From Macrostomum lignano (lineage: Eukaryota): a DNA stretch of 64,000 nucleotides. The translations under genes were made by a program, and so were the position numbers. Each line of letters opens with the position of its first letter. Position 1 is the first letter of the stretch. The stretch is taken from NCBI GenBank assembly GCA_002269645.1, contig NIVC01000240.1:310001-374000 (forward strand). Direction: 5' to 3'. Positions 44,944 through 59,300 of this stretch are shown piece after piece. The notes below the pieces were generated by a model that did no database searches, had not been told where the DNA came from, and saw only the letters and a list, made by a program, of their open reading frames with translations.

Positions 44944-45507
44944 ATGCCGAATAACAAGGCAAAGGCAGCGAAGGGAAAGAAGAAGGTGGCGGCCGCGCCC
45001 GCCATCGTTAAGAAGGCCGTCGAGAAGAAAGTCTCGAACCCTTTGATTCAAAGCCGGCCTAAGAATTTCGCCATTGGCCAGGACATTCAGCCGAAGCGCG
45101 ATCTCGGCCGCTTCTGCATGTGGCCCCGCTACATCCGAGTCCAGCGGCAGCGCAGCGTGCTCATGAAGCGCCTGAAGGTGCCGCCGGCCATCAACCAGTT
45201 CAGCACTGCACTGGACAAGCCGGCCGCCGCCCAGGTGTTCCGCATCCTGGAGAAATACAAGCCCGAGACTAAGCTCCAAAAGAAAGAGCGACTGAGGCAG
45301 CGCGCCGAGCAGCGGGCCGCCGGCCAGGCTGACGAGCCAACCAAACGTCCCAACACCATCCGCTTCGGTATTAACAACGTTACCTCGCTGATCAAGCGCA
45401 AGAAGGCTCAGATGGTAGTCATTGCGCACGATGTTGATCCCATCGAGATTGTGCTGTACCTGCCAGCTCTCTGCCGAAAGATGGACGTGCCGTATGCGAT
45501 TGTCAAG
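44944..45507 (+). CDS. RPL7A: 60S ribosomal protein L7a (eL8), exon 1
   Basis: [69 protein letters not shown]; donor AAG|gtaaat. Confidence 0.97.
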
Positions 45508-45905
45508 GTAAATCCTTACTACCCTGACTTTGCAGTGTCGCATACATTCTGAAAGAACCTAGAAGTTTTGCACCTTTTTCCGTTCCGTTTCAACTAATCT
45601 GCAGTACAATTTAGGCAACTCGACATTCATTTTCGACAATCTATTTCTATACTTTCAGTCGGACTTTCAAATTAGACAAGGCAAACTTTAATTTAGACAT
45701 CAGATAATCGTTTTAGACAGCGGATATTCAATTTAGACACATCTGAGCCCTTCAGACCTTTGCTTCCTGTCACCTCTGCTTCTGACCTTTTCGCTTACAT
45801 GTACATGTACATTCTGTAGCAATTAGATGCAACAAGCTTTCTGTTTTTGCCATACTATTCATTCATCATGCCTAATAAATCGTTTCCCTGCCCCCGACAC
45901 CGCAG

Positions 45906-46151
45906 GGCAAGGCTCGCCTTGGCGCCGTCGTCGGCATGAAGACCTGCGCCGTGATGGCCGTGGCCGGTGTCAACCCAGAGGACAGGTCGGCCCTGTCCAA
46001 AGTGGTCGAGACCTGCCGCAACAATTTCAATAGCCGCGGCGACGAGCTCCGCAAGCACTGGGGCGGCGGCATCATGGGGGCTAAGAGCCAAGCTCGGGCT
46101 CACAAGATTGAGAAGGCCAGCCAGCGGGAGCTGCAGCTGCAGCTGGGCTAA
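45906..46151 (+). CDS. RPL7A: RPL7A exon 2
   Basis: ccgcag|GGC; GKARLG...HWGGGIMGAKSQAR; spliced product is 269 aa; AATAAA near 46234. Confidence 0.96.
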   Translation, partial: GKARLGAVVGMKTCAVMAVAGVNPEDRSALSKVVETCRNNFNSRGDELRKHWGGGIMGAKSQARAHKIEKASQRELQLQLG

Positions 46152-46938
46152 GCTGCTGACGCTGTGTGACCGTTTTGAAAGACTAAAGCTAAGACAAAAC
46201 TATTCTGTGTTTGTAGTGCTAGCGTTTTGGTGGAATAAACTTGGTTATTCGGTATAGAGTGAACTTCGGTTTAAGACAATTAGCCACCAATTGTGTCTGA
46301 TGGAATTTTCGTTGGCTTATCTAGTCTTTAACTCGTGTTAGTTTTTTCTTCTCGAAATGAAATCCGACAGTCTGGTGGGTTTATTGTCATCGTTGGGATA
46401 GCAGCTGAATAACATGGCTTTTGCAATAACACTGTGGCAATTGTACTTGTTGGTATAAAGCGGGAAATAACGCTACAGTTGCGAGCGTACACTGGCATGC
46501 GGTAAATGCGGCCAATGTTTGTCTTCTCTGGCTTGACGCGCGTGTGTACAAATAAGTATTCTCAAATATGCAGCTTATATAGTGGACGAACTTTGTTAGG
46601 GGATAATTGTCATTGTGCATTCACTTGAACAAGACAAATAAATTTAGTCCAATCTAATATTTCAGAGGTACAGTAGCAGGGAAACAGCCATTTAGACTGC
46701 TATTGTGGCACTGTTGCGGGCGCGAACTTGTTTGTCTGTTAGATGTTTAAAACCAGCCGTATAATAGCGTTGTATTTTATAAAAGCAACTGAGCCAGCAG
46801 CGGGCCCGCTGTCAAAATCAAAAGTTCCGCAATTTGTGCAGCTGTTGGAGTCGCCGCTGAGCTGCCATCGTCGGTAGAGGCTTTGACCTGATCGTCCTGC
46901 TGAGACAGCTGAATTACACCTGCAAGATGGTGTTAATA

Positions 46939-47110
46939 GGGGGGTTGTAGCCGTAAGAGCGTCGGACTCACGACTGAAAGGTCGGGGGTTCGATTCTCGA
47001 CCCACTTTAAAAAATTTGTGTCTTTGAGTAAGACACTAAGTCTGCATTGCTTCAGTTCACCCAGCTGTAAAATGGGTGCCAGCATTAGCTGGGGTAATTG
47101 AGGGTCTCTG
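46939..47110 (+). mobile_element. tRNA-derived SINE with a CORE-like central domain
   Basis: tRNA-like head with A-box-like TAGCCGTAAG and B-box GGTTCGATTCT (46987-46997). It is followed by TGTGTCTTTGAGTAAGACACT...CTGTAAAATGGG, which resembles the CORE/MIR consensus recalled from memory. The 3' end is undefined. Confidence 0.7.
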
Positions 47111-47388
47111 TTGCGAACCCTCCCCCCCGAGTCCTTGGACTGAACAGCCGTACGCAGCCTTCAGATGCGCTGCGCAATAGCTGCGGCTGAGCTGTCGGTT
47201 GCACATCTGACCATTGAGCTGGTGCAATAAAAAGTAGTTGGTTGTTTGCGATAGAAAAATGTGCTATACAGGCCTTCGTATCGAGCATAGAGTATGAATA
47301 AAGCGGATTTCATTTTCAAACTATTGTAGATCCGTTTATGTCAGGGTCGAAACAATGGTGTAGCGGATTCGATAGACAGGACCAAGAG

Positions 47389-50300
47389 AGCGGGTTGGAT
47401 TGTTGCAGGGCTGATAGCGGAGCGGATTGGATTGTTGCAGGGCTGATAGCGGAGCAGATTTAGATTGTTGCAGGACTGATAGCGGAGCAGATTTAGATTG
47501 TTGCAGGACTGATAGCGGAGCGGATTTAGATTAGTGCAGGACTGTTAGCGGAGCAGATTTAGATTGTTGCAGGACTGATAGCGGAGCAGATTTAGATTGT
47601 TGCAGGGCTGATAGCGGAGCAGATTTAGATTGTTGCAGGGCTGATAGCGGAGCAGATTTAGATTGTTGCAGGACTGATAGCGGAGCAGATTTAGATTGTT
47701 GCAGGGCTGATAGCGGAGCAGATTTAGATTGTTGCAGGACTGATAGCGGAGCAGATTTAGATTGTTGCAGGCTGATAGCGGAGCAGATTTAGATTGTTGC
47801 AGGACTGATAGCGGAGCGATTTAGATTGTTGCAGGACTGATAGCGGAGCAGATTTAGATTGTTGCAGGACTGATAGCGGAGCAGATTTAGATTGTTGCAG
47901 GACTGATAGCGGAGCAGATTTAGATTGTTGCAGGACTGATAGCGGAGCAGATTTAGATTGTTGCAGGACTGATAGCGGAGCAGATTTAGATTGTTGCAGG
48001 ACTGATAGCGGAGCAGATTTAGATTGTTGCAGGACTGATAGCGGAGCAGATTTAGATTGTTGCAGGACTGATAGCGGAGCAGATTTAGATTGTTGCAGGA
48101 CTGATAGCGGAGCAGATTTAGATTGTTGCAGGACTGATAGCGGAGCAGATTTAGATTGTTGCAGGACTGATAGCGGAGCAGATTTAGATTGTTGCAGGAC
48201 TGATAGCGGAGCAGATTTAGATTGTTGCAGGACTGATAGCGGAGCAGATTTAGATTGTTGCAGGACTGATAGCGGAGCAGATTTAGATTGTTGCAGGACT
48301 GATAGCGGAGCAGATTTAGATTGTTGCAGGACTGATAGCGGAGCAGATTTAGATTGTTGCAGGACTGATAGCGGAGCAGATTTAGATTGTTGCAGGACTG
48401 ATAGCGGAGCAGATTTAGATTGTTGCAGGACTGATAGCGGAGCAGATTTAGATTGTTGCAGGACTGATAGCGGAGCATTTAGATTGTTGCAGGACTGATA
48501 GCGGAGCAGATTTAGATTGTTGCAGGACTGATAGCGGAGCAGATTTAGATTGTTGCAGGACTGATAGCGGAGCAGATTTAGATTGTTGCAGGACTGATAG
48601 CGGAGCAGATTTAGATTGTTGCAGGACTGATAGCGGAGCAGATTTAGATTGTTGCAGGACTGATAGCGGAGCAGATTTAGATTGTTGCAGGCTGATAGCG
48701 GAGCAGATTTAGATTGTTGCAGGACTGATAGCGGAGCAGATTTAGATTGTTGCAGGACTGATAGCGGAGCAGATTTAGATTGTTGCAGGACTGATAGCGG
48801 AGCAGATTTAGATTGTTGCAGGACTGATAGCGGAGCAGATTTAGATTGTTGCAGGACTGATAGCGGAGCAGATTTAGATTGTTGCAGGACTGATAGCGGA
48901 GCAGATTTAGATTGTTGCAGGACTGATAGCGGAGCAGATTTAGATTGTTGCAGGACTGATAGCGGAGCAGATTTAGATTGTTGCAGGACTGATAGCGGAG
49001 CAGATTTAGATTGTTGCAGGACTGATAGCGGAGCAGATTTAGATTGTTGCAGGACTGATAGCGGAGCAGATTTAGATTGTTGCAGGACTGATAGCGGAGC
49101 AGATTTAGATTGTTGCAGGACTGATAGCGGAGCAGATTTAGATTGTTGCAGGACTGATAGCGGAGCAGATTTAGATTGTTGCAGGCTGATAGCGGAGCAG
49201 ATTTAGATTGTTGCAGGACTGATAGCGGAGCAGATTTAGATTGTTGCAGGACTGATAGCGGAGCAGATTTAGATTGTTGCAGGACTGATAGCGGAGCAGA
49301 TTTAGATTGTTGCAGGACTGATAGCGGAGCAGATTTAGATTGTTGCAGGACTGATAGCGGAGCAGATTTAGATTGTTGCAGGACTGATAGCGGAGCAGAT
49401 TTAGATTGTTGCAGGACTGATAGCGGAGCAGATTTAGATTGTTGCAGGACTGATAGCGGAGCAGATTTAGATTGTTGCAGGACTGATAGCGGAGCAGATT
49501 TAGATTGTTGCAGGACTGATAGCGGAGCAGATTTAGATTGTTGCAGGACTGATAGCGGAGCAGATTTAGATTGTTGCAGGACTGATAGCGGAGCAGATTT
49601 AGATTGTTGCAGGACTGATAGCGGAGCAGATTTAGATTGTTGCAGGACTGATAGCGGAGCAGATTTAGATTGTTGCAGGACTGATAGCGGAGCAGATTTA
49701 GATTGTTGCAGGACTGATAGCGGAGCAGATTTAGATTGTTGCAGGACTGATAGCGGAGCAGATTTAGATTGTTGCAGGACTGATAGCGGAGCGATTTAGA
49801 TTGTTGCAGGACTGATAGCGGAGCAGATTTAGATTGTTGCAGGACTGATAGCGGAGCAGATTTAGATTGTTGCAGGACTGATAGCGGAGCAGATTTAGAT
49901 TGTTGCAGGCTGATAGCGGAGCAGATTTAGATTGTTGCAGGACTGATAGCGGAGCAGATTTAGATTGTTGCAGGCTGATAGCGGAGCAGATTTAGATTGT
50001 TGCAGGACTGATAGCGGAGCAGATTTAGATTGTTGCAGGACTGATAGCGGAGCAGATTTAGATTGTTGCAGGACTGATAGCGGAGCAGATTTAGATTGTT
50101 GCAGGACTGATAGCGGAGCAGATTTAGATTGTTGCAGGACTGATAGCGGAGCAGATTTAGATTGTTGCAGGACTGATAGCGGAGCAGATTTAGATTGTTG
50201 CAGGACTGATAGCGGAGCAGATTTAGATTGTTGCAGGACTGATAGCGGAGCAGATTTAGATTGTTGCAGGACTGATAGCGGAGCAGATTTAGATTGTTGC

Positions 50301-53300
50301 AGGACTGATAGCGGAGCAGATTTAGATTGTTGCAGGACTGATAGCGGAGCAGATTTAGATTGTTGCAGGACTGATAGCGGAGCAGATTTAGATTGTTGCA
50401 GGACTGATAGCGGAGCAGATTTAGATTGTTGCAGGACTGATAGCGGAGCAGATTTAGATTGTTGCAGGACTGATAGCGGAGCAGATTTAGATTGTTGCAG
50501 GACTGATAGCGGAGCAGATTTAGATTGTTGCAGGACTGATAGCGGAGCAGATTTAGATTGTTGCAGGACTGATAGCGGAGCAGATTTAGATTGTTGCAGG
50601 ACTGATAGCGGAGCAGATTTAGATTGTTGCAGGACTGATAGCGGAGCAGATTTAGATTGTTGCAGGACTGATAGCGGAGCAGATTTAGATTGTTGCAGGA
50701 CTGATAGCGGAGCAGATTTAGATTGTTGCAGGACTGATAGCGGAGCAGATTTAGATTGTTGCAGGACTGATAGCGGAGCAGATTTAGATTGTTGCAGGAC
50801 TGATAGCGGAGCAGATTTAGATTGTTGCAGGACTGATAGCGGAGCAGATTTAGATTGTTGCAGGACTGATAGCGGAGCAGATTTAGATTGTTGCAGGACT
50901 GATAGCGGAGCAGATTTAGATTGTTGCAGGACTGATAGCGGAGCAGATTTAGATTGTTGCAGGACTGATAGCGGAGCAGATTTAGATTGTTGCAGGACTG
51001 ATAGCGGAGCAGATTTAGATTGTTGCAGGACTGATAGCGGAGCAGATTTAGATTGTTGCAGGACTGATAGCGGAGCAGATTTAGATTGTTGCAGGACTGA
51101 TAGCGGAGCAGATTTAGATTGTTGCAGGACTGATAGCGGAGCAGATTTAGATTGTTGCAGGACTGATAGCGGAGCAGATTTAGATTGTTGCAGGACTGAT
51201 AGCGGAGCAGATTTAGATTGTTGCAGGACTGATAGCGGAGCAGATTTAGATTGTTGCAGGACTGATAGCGGAGCAGATTTAGATTGTTGCAGGACTGATA
51301 GCGGAGCAGATTTAGATTGTTGCAGGACTGATAGCGGAGCAGATTTAGATTGTTGCAGGACTGATAGCGGAGCAGATTTAGATTGTTGCAGGACTGATAG
51401 CGGAGCAGATTTAGATTGTTGCAGGACTGATAGCGGAGCAGATTTAGATTGTTGCAGGACTGATAGCGGAGCAGATTTAGATTGTTGCAGGACTGATAGC
51501 GGAGCAGATTTAGATTGTTGCAGGACTGATAGCGGAGCAGATTTAGATTGTTGCAGGACTGATAGCGGAGCAGATTTAGATTGTTGCAGGACTGATAGCG
51601 GAGCAGATTTAGATTGTTGCAGGACTGATAGCGGAGCAGATTTAGATTGTTGCAGGACTGATAGCGGAGCAGATTTAGATTGTTGCAGGACTGATAGCGG
51701 AGCAGATTTAGATTGTTGCAGGACTGATAGCGGAGCAGATTTAGATTGTTGCAGGACTGATAGCGGAGCAGATTTAGATTGTTGCAGGACTGATAGCGGA
51801 GCAGATTTAGATTGTTGCAGGACTGATAGCGGAGCAGATTTAGATTGTTGCAGGACTGATAGCGGAGCAGATTTAGATTGTTGCAGGACTGATAGCGGAG
51901 CAGATTTAGATTGTTGCAGGACTGATAGCGGAGCAGATTTAGATTGTTGCAGGACTGATAGCGGAGCAGATTTAGATTGTTGCAGGACTGATAGCGGAGC
52001 AGATTTAGATTGTTGCAGGACTGATAGCGGAGCAGATTTAGATTGTTGCAGGACTGATAGCGGAGCAGATTTAGATTGTTGCAGGACTGATAGCGGAGCA
52101 GATTTAGATTGTTGCAGGACTGATAGCGGAGCAGATTTAGATTGTTGCAGGACTGATAGCGGAGCAGATTTAGATTGTTGCAGGACTGATAGCGGAGCAG
52201 ATTTAGATTGTTGCAGGACTGATAGCGGAGCAGATTTAGATTGTTGCAGGACTGATAGCGGAGCAGATTTAGATTGTTGCAGGACTGATAGCGGAGCAGA
52301 TTTAGATTGTTGCAGGACTGATAGCGGAGCAGATTTAGATTGTTGCAGGACTGATAGCGGAGCAGATTTAGATTGTTGCAGGACTGATAGCGGAGCAGAT
52401 TTAGATTGTTGCAGGACTGATAGCGGAGCAGATTTAGATTGTTGCAGGACTGATAGCGGAGCAGATTTAGATTGTTGCAGGACTGATAGCGGAGCAGATT
52501 TAGATTGTTGCAGGACTGATAGCGGAGCAGATTTAGATTGTTGCAGGACTGATAGCGGAGCAGATTTAGATTGTTGCAGGACTGATAGCGGAGCAGATTT
52601 AGATTGTTGCAGGACTGATAGCGGAGCAGATTTAGATTGTTGCAGGACTGATAGCGGAGCAGATTTAGATTGTTGCAGGACTGATAGCGGAGCAGATTTA
52701 GATTGTTGCAGGACTGATAGCGGAGCAGATTTAGATTGTTGCAGGACTGATAGCGGAGCAGATTTAGATTGTTGCAGGACTGATAGCGGAGCAGATTTAG
52801 ATTGTTGCAGGACTGATAGCGGAGCAGATTTAGATTGTTGCAGGACTGATAGCGGAGCAGATTTAGATTGTTGCAGGACTGATAGCGGAGCAGATTTAGA
52901 TTGTTGCAGGACTGATAGCGGAGCAGATTTAGATTGTTGCAGGACTGATAGCGGAGCAGATTTAGATTGTTGCAGGACTGATAGCGGAGCAGATTTAGAT
53001 TGTTGCAGGACTGATAGCGGAGCAGATTTAGATTGTTGCAGGACTGATAGCGGAGCAGATTTAGATTGTTGCAGGACTGATAGCGGAGCAGATTTAGATT
53101 GTTGCAGGACTGATAGCGGAGCAGATTTAGATTGTTGCAGGACTGATAGCGGAGCAGATTTAGATTGTTGCAGGACTGATAGCGGAGCAGATTTAGATTG
53201 TTGCAGGACTGATAGCGGAGCAGATTTAGATTGTTGCAGGACTGATAGCGGAGCAGATTTAGATTGTTGCAGGACTGATAGCGGAGCAGATTTAGATTGT

Positions 53301-56300
53301 TGCAGGACTGATAGCGGAGCAGATTTAGATTGTTGCAGGACTGATAGCGGAGCAGATTTAGATTGTTGCAGGACTGATAGCGGAGCAGATTTAGATTGTT
53401 GCAGGACTGATAGCGGAGCAGATTTAGATTGTTGCAGGACTGATAGCGGAGCAGATTTAGATTGTTGCAGGACTGATAGCGGAGCAGATTTAGATTGTTG
53501 CAGGACTGATAGCGGAGCAGATTTAGATTGTTGCAGGACTGATAGCGGAGCAGATTTAGATTGTTGCAGGACTGATAGCGGAGCAGATTTAGATTGTTGC
53601 AGGACTGATAGCGGAGCAGATTTAGATTGTTGCAGGACTGATAGCGGAGCAGATTTAGATTGTTGCAGGACTGATAGCGGAGCAGATTTAGATTGTTGCA
53701 GGACTGATAGCGGAGCAGATTTAGATTGTTGCAGGACTGATAGCGGAGCAGATTTAGATTGTTGCAGGACTGATAGCGGAGCAGATTTAGATTGTTGCAG
53801 GACTGATAGCGGAGCAGATTTAGATTGTTGCAGGACTGATAGCGGAGCAGATTTAGATTGTTGCAGGACTGATAGCGGAGCAGATTTAGATTGTTGCAGG
53901 ACTGATAGCGGAGCAGATTTAGATTGTTGCAGGACTGATAGCGGAGCAGATTTAGATTGTTGCAGGACTGATAGCGGAGCAGATTTAGATTGTTGCAGGA
54001 CTGATAGCGGAGCAGATTTAGATTGTTGCAGGACTGATAGCGGAGCAGATTTAGATTGTTGCAGGACTGATAGCGGAGCAGATTTAGATTGTTGCAGGAC
54101 TGATAGCGGAGCAGATTTAGATTGTTGCAGGACTGATAGCGGAGCAGATTTAGATTGTTGCAGGACTGATAGCGGAGCAGATTTAGATTGTTGCAGGACT
54201 GATAGCGGAGCAGATTTAGATTGTTGCAGGACTGATAGCGGAGCAGATTTAGATTGTTGCAGGACTGATAGCGGAGCAGATTTAGATTGTTGCAGGACTG
54301 ATAGCGGAGCAGATTTAGATTGTTGCAGGACTGATAGCGGAGCAGATTTAGATTGTTGCAGGACTGATAGCGGAGCAGATTTAGATTGTTGCAGGACTGA
54401 TAGCGGAGCAGATTTAGATTGTTGCAGGACTGATAGCGGAGCAGATTTAGATTGTTGCAGGACTGATAGCGGAGCAGATTTAGATTGTTGCAGGACTGAT
54501 AGCGGAGCAGATTTAGATTGTTGCAGGACTGATAGCGGAGCAGATTTAGATTGTTGCAGGACTGATAGCGGAGCAGATTTAGATTGTTGCAGGACTGATA
54601 GCGGAGCAGATTTAGATTGTTGCAGGACTGATAGCGGAGCAGATTTAGATTGTTGCAGGACTGATAGCGGAGCAGATTTAGATTGTTGCAGGACTGATAG
54701 CGGAGCAGATTTAGATTGTTGCAGGACTGATAGCGGAGCAGATTTAGATTGTTGCAGGACTGATAGCGGAGCAGATTTAGATTGTTGCAGGACTGATAGC
54801 GGAGCAGATTTAGATTGTTGCAGGACTGATAGCGGAGCAGATTTAGATTGTTGCAGGACTGATAGCGGAGCAGATTTAGATTGTTGCAGGACTGATAGCG
54901 GAGCAGATTTAGATTGTTGCAGGACTGATAGCGGAGCAGATTTAGATTGTTGCAGGACTGATAGCGGAGCAGATTTAGATTGTTGCAGGACTGATAGCGG
55001 AGCAGATTTAGATTGTTGCAGGACTGATAGCGGAGCAGATTTAGATTGTTGCAGGACTGATAGCGGAGCAGATTTAGATTGTTGCAGGACTGATAGCGGA
55101 GCGATTTAGATTGTTGCAGGACTGATAGCGGAGCAGATTTAGATTGTTGCAGGACTGATAGCGGAGCAGATTTAGATTGTTGCAGGACTGATAGCGGAGC
55201 GATTTAGATTGTTGCAGGACTGATAGCGAGCGATTTAGATTGTTGCAGGACTGATAGCGAGCGATTTAGATTGTTGCAGGACTGATAGCGAGCGGGTTTA
55301 GATTGTTGCAGGGCTGATAGCGGAGCGATTTAGATTGTTGCAGGACTGATAGCGAGCGATTTAGATTGTTGCAGGACTGATAGCGGAGCGGGTTTAGATT
55401 GTTGCAGGACTGATAGCGGAGCGGGTTTAGATTGTTGCAGGACTGATAGCAGAGCGGGTTTAGATTGTTGCAGGACTGATAGCAGAGCGGGTTTAGATTG
55501 TTGCAGGACTGATAGCGAGCGGGTTTAGATTGTTGCAGGACTGATAGCGGAGCGATTTAGATTGTTGCAGGACTGATAGCGAGCGGGTTTAGATTGTTGC
55601 AGGACTGATAGCAGAGCGGGTTTAGATTGTTGCAGGACTGATAGCGAGCGGGTTTAGATTGTTGCAGGACTGATAGCGGAGCGATTTAGATTGTTGCAGG
55701 GCTGATAGCGGAGCAGATTTAGATTGTTGCAGGACTGATAGCGGAGCAGATTTAGATTGTTGCAGGACTGATAGCGGAGCAGATTTAGATTGTTGCAGGA
55801 CTGATAGCGGAGCAGATTTAGATTGTTGCAGGACTGATAGCGGAGCAGATTTAGATTGTTGCAGGCTGATAGCGGAGCAGATTTAGATTGTTGCAGGCTG
55901 ATAGCGGAGCAGATTTAGATTGTTGCAGGACTGATAGCGGAGCAGATTTAGATTGTTGCAGGACTGATAGCGGAGCAGATTTAGATTGTTGCAGGACTGA
56001 TAGCGGAGCAGATTTAGATTGTTGCAGGACTGATAGCGGAGCAGATTTAGATTGTTGCAGGACTGATAGCGGAGCAGATTTAGATTGTTGCAGGACTGAT
56101 AGCGGAGCAGATTTAGATTGTTGCAGGACTGATAGCGGAGCAGATTTAGATTGTTGCAGGACTGATAGCGGAGCAGATTTAGATTGTTGCAGGACTGATA
56201 GCGGAGCAGATTTAGATTGTTGCAGGGCTGATAGCGGAGCAGATTTAGATTGTTGCAGGACTGATAGCGGAGCGGATTTAGATTGTTGCAGGACTGATAG

Positions 56301-59300
56301 CGGAGCAGATTTAGATTGTTGCAGGACTGATAGCGGAGCAGATTTAGATTGTTGCAGGACTGATAGCGGAGCGAATTTAGATTGTTGCAGGACTGATAGC
56401 GGAGCAGATTTAGATTGTTGCAGGACTGATAGCGGAGCAGATTTAGATTGTTGCAGGACTGATAGCGGAGCAGATTTAGATTGTTGCAGGACTGATAGCG
56501 GAGCAGATTTAGATTGTTGCAGGACTGATAGCGGAGCAGATTTAGATTGTTGCAGGACTGATAGCGGAGCAGATTTAGATTGTTGCAGGACTGATAGCGG
56601 AGCAGATTTAGATTGTTGCAGGACTGATAGCGGAGCAGATTTAGATTGTTGCAGGACTGATAGCGGAGCAGATTTAGATTGTTGCAGGACTGATAGCGGA
56701 GCAGATTTAGATTGTTGCAGGACTGATAGCGGAGCAGATTTAGATTGTTGCAGGACTGATAGCGGAGCGATTTAGATTGTTGCAGGACTGATAGCGGAGC
56801 AGATTTAGATTGTTGCAGGACTGATAGCGGAGCAGATTTAGATTGTTGCAGGACTGATAGCGGAGCAGATTTAGATTGTTGCAGGACTGATAGCGGAGCA
56901 GATTTAGATTGTTGCAGGACTGATAGCGGAGCAGATTTAGATTGTTGCAGGACTGATAGCGGAGCGATTTAGATTGTTGCAGGACTGATAGCGGAGCAGA
57001 TTTAGATTGTTGCAGGACTGATAGCGGAGCGATTTAGATTGTTGCAGGACTGATAGCGGAGCAGATTTAGATTGTTGCAGGACTGATAGCGGAGCAGATT
57101 TAGATTGTTGCAGGACTGATAGCGGAGCAGATTTAGATTGTTGCAGGACTGATAGCGGAGCAGATTTAGATTGTTGCAGGGCTGATAGCGGAGCAGATTT
57201 AGATTGTTGCAGGACTGATAGCGGAGCAGATTTAGATTGTTGCAGGACTGATAGCGGAGCAGATTTAGATTGTTGCAGGACTGATAGCGGAGCAGATTTA
57301 GATTGTTGCAGGACTGATAGCGGAGCAGATTTAGATTGTTGCAGGACTGATAGCGGAGCAGATTTAGATTGTTGCAGGACTGATAGCGGAGCAGATTTAG
57401 ATTGTTGCAGGACTGATAGCGGAGCAGATTTAGATTGTTGCAGGACTGATAGCGGAGCAGATTTAGATTGTTGCAGGACTGATAGCGGAGCAGATTTAGA
57501 TTGTTGCAGGACTGATAGCGGAGCAGATTTAGATTGTTGCAGGACTGATAGCGGAGCAGATTTAGATTGTTGCAGGACTGATAGCGGAGCAGATTTAGAT
57601 TGTTGCAGGACTGATAGCGGAGCAGATTTAGATTGTTGCAGGACTGATAGCGGAGCAGATTTAGATTGTTGCAGGACTGATAGCGGAGCAGATTTAGATT
57701 GTTGCAGGACTGATAGCGGAGCAGATTTAGATTGTTGCAGGACTGATAGCGGAGCAGATTTAGATTGTTGCAGGACTGATAGCGGAGCAGATTTAGATTG
57801 TTGCAGGACTGATAGCGGAGCAGATTTAGATTGTTGCAGGACTGATAGCGGAGCAGATTTAGATTGTTGCAGGACTGATAGCGGAGCAGATTTAGATTGT
57901 TGCAGGACTGATAGCGGAGCAGATTTAGATTGTTGCAGGACTGATAGCGGAGCAGATTTAGATTGTTGCAGGACTGATAGCGGAGCAGATTTAGATTGTT
58001 GCAGGACTGATAGCGGAGCAGATTTAGATTGTTGCAGGACTGATAGCGGAGCAGATTTAGATTGTTGCAGGACTGATAGCGGAGCAGATTTAGATTGTTG
58101 CAGGACTGATAGCGGAGCAGATTTAGATTGTTGCAGGACTGATAGCGGAGCAGATTTAGATTGTTGCAGGACTGATAGCGGAGCAGATTTAGATTGTTGC
58201 AGGACTGATAGCGGAGCAGATTTAGATTGTTGCAGGACTGATAGCGGAGCAGATTTAGATTGTTGCAGGACTGATAGCGGAGCAGATTTAGATTGTTGCA
58301 GGACTGATAGCGGAGCAGATTTAGATTGTTGCAGGACTGATAGCGGAGCAGATTTAGATTGTTGCAGGACTGATAGCGGAGCAGATTTAGATTGTTGCAG
58401 GACTGATAGCGGAGCAGATTTAGATTGTTGCAGGACTGATAGCGGAGCAGATTTAGATTGTTGCAGGACTGATAGCGGAGCAGATTTAGATTGTTGCAGG
58501 ACTGATAGCGGAGCGATTTAGATTGTTGCAGGACTGATAGCGGAGCAGATTTAGATTGTTGCAGGACTGATAGCGGAGCAGATTTAGATTGTTGCAGGAC
58601 TGATAGCGGAGCGATTTAGATTGTTGCAGGACTGATAGCGGAGCAGATTTAGATTGTTGCAGGACTGATAGCGGAGCAGATTTAGATTGTTGCAGGACTG
58701 ATAGCGGAGCGGATTTAGATTGTTGCAGGACTGATAGCGGAGCAGATTTAGATTGTTGCAGGACTGATAGCGGAGCAGATTTAGATTGTTGCAGGGCTGA
58801 TAGCGGAGCAGATTTAGATTGTTGCAGGGCTGATAGCGGAGCAGATTTAGATTGTTGCAGGGCTGATAGCAGAGCGGGTTTAGATTGTTGCAGGGCTGAT
58901 AGCAGAGCGGGTTTAGATTGTTGCAGGGCTGATAGCAGAGCGGGTTTAGATTGTTGCAGGGCTGATAGCAGAGCGGGTTTAGATTGTTGCAGGGCTGATA
59001 GCAGAGCGGGTTTAGATTGTTGCAGGGCTGATAGCAGAGCGGATTTAGATTGTTGCAGGGCTGATAGCAGAGCGGGTTTAGATTGTTGCAGGGCTGATAG
59101 CAGAGCGGGTTTAGATTGTTGCAGGGCTGATAGCGGAGCGGGTTTAGATTGTTGCAGGACTGATAGCAGAGCGGGTTTAGATTGTTGCAGGACTGATAGC
59201 AGAGCGGGTTTAGATTGTTGCAGGACTGATAGCAGAGCGGGTTTAGATTGTTGCAGGGCTGATAGCAGAGCGGGTTTAGATTGTTGCAAGACTGATAGCA

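Noticed and set aside
45508-45905. Possible intronic snoRNA in RPL7A (vertebrate RPL7A hosts C/D snoRNAs)
   Set aside because: I could not find a convincing RTGATGA C box paired with a terminal CTGA and stem; a snoscan/Infernal search would be needed.
46939-47005. Functional tRNA gene
   Set aside because: The acceptor and anticodon stems do not pair well, and a SINE-type body follows.
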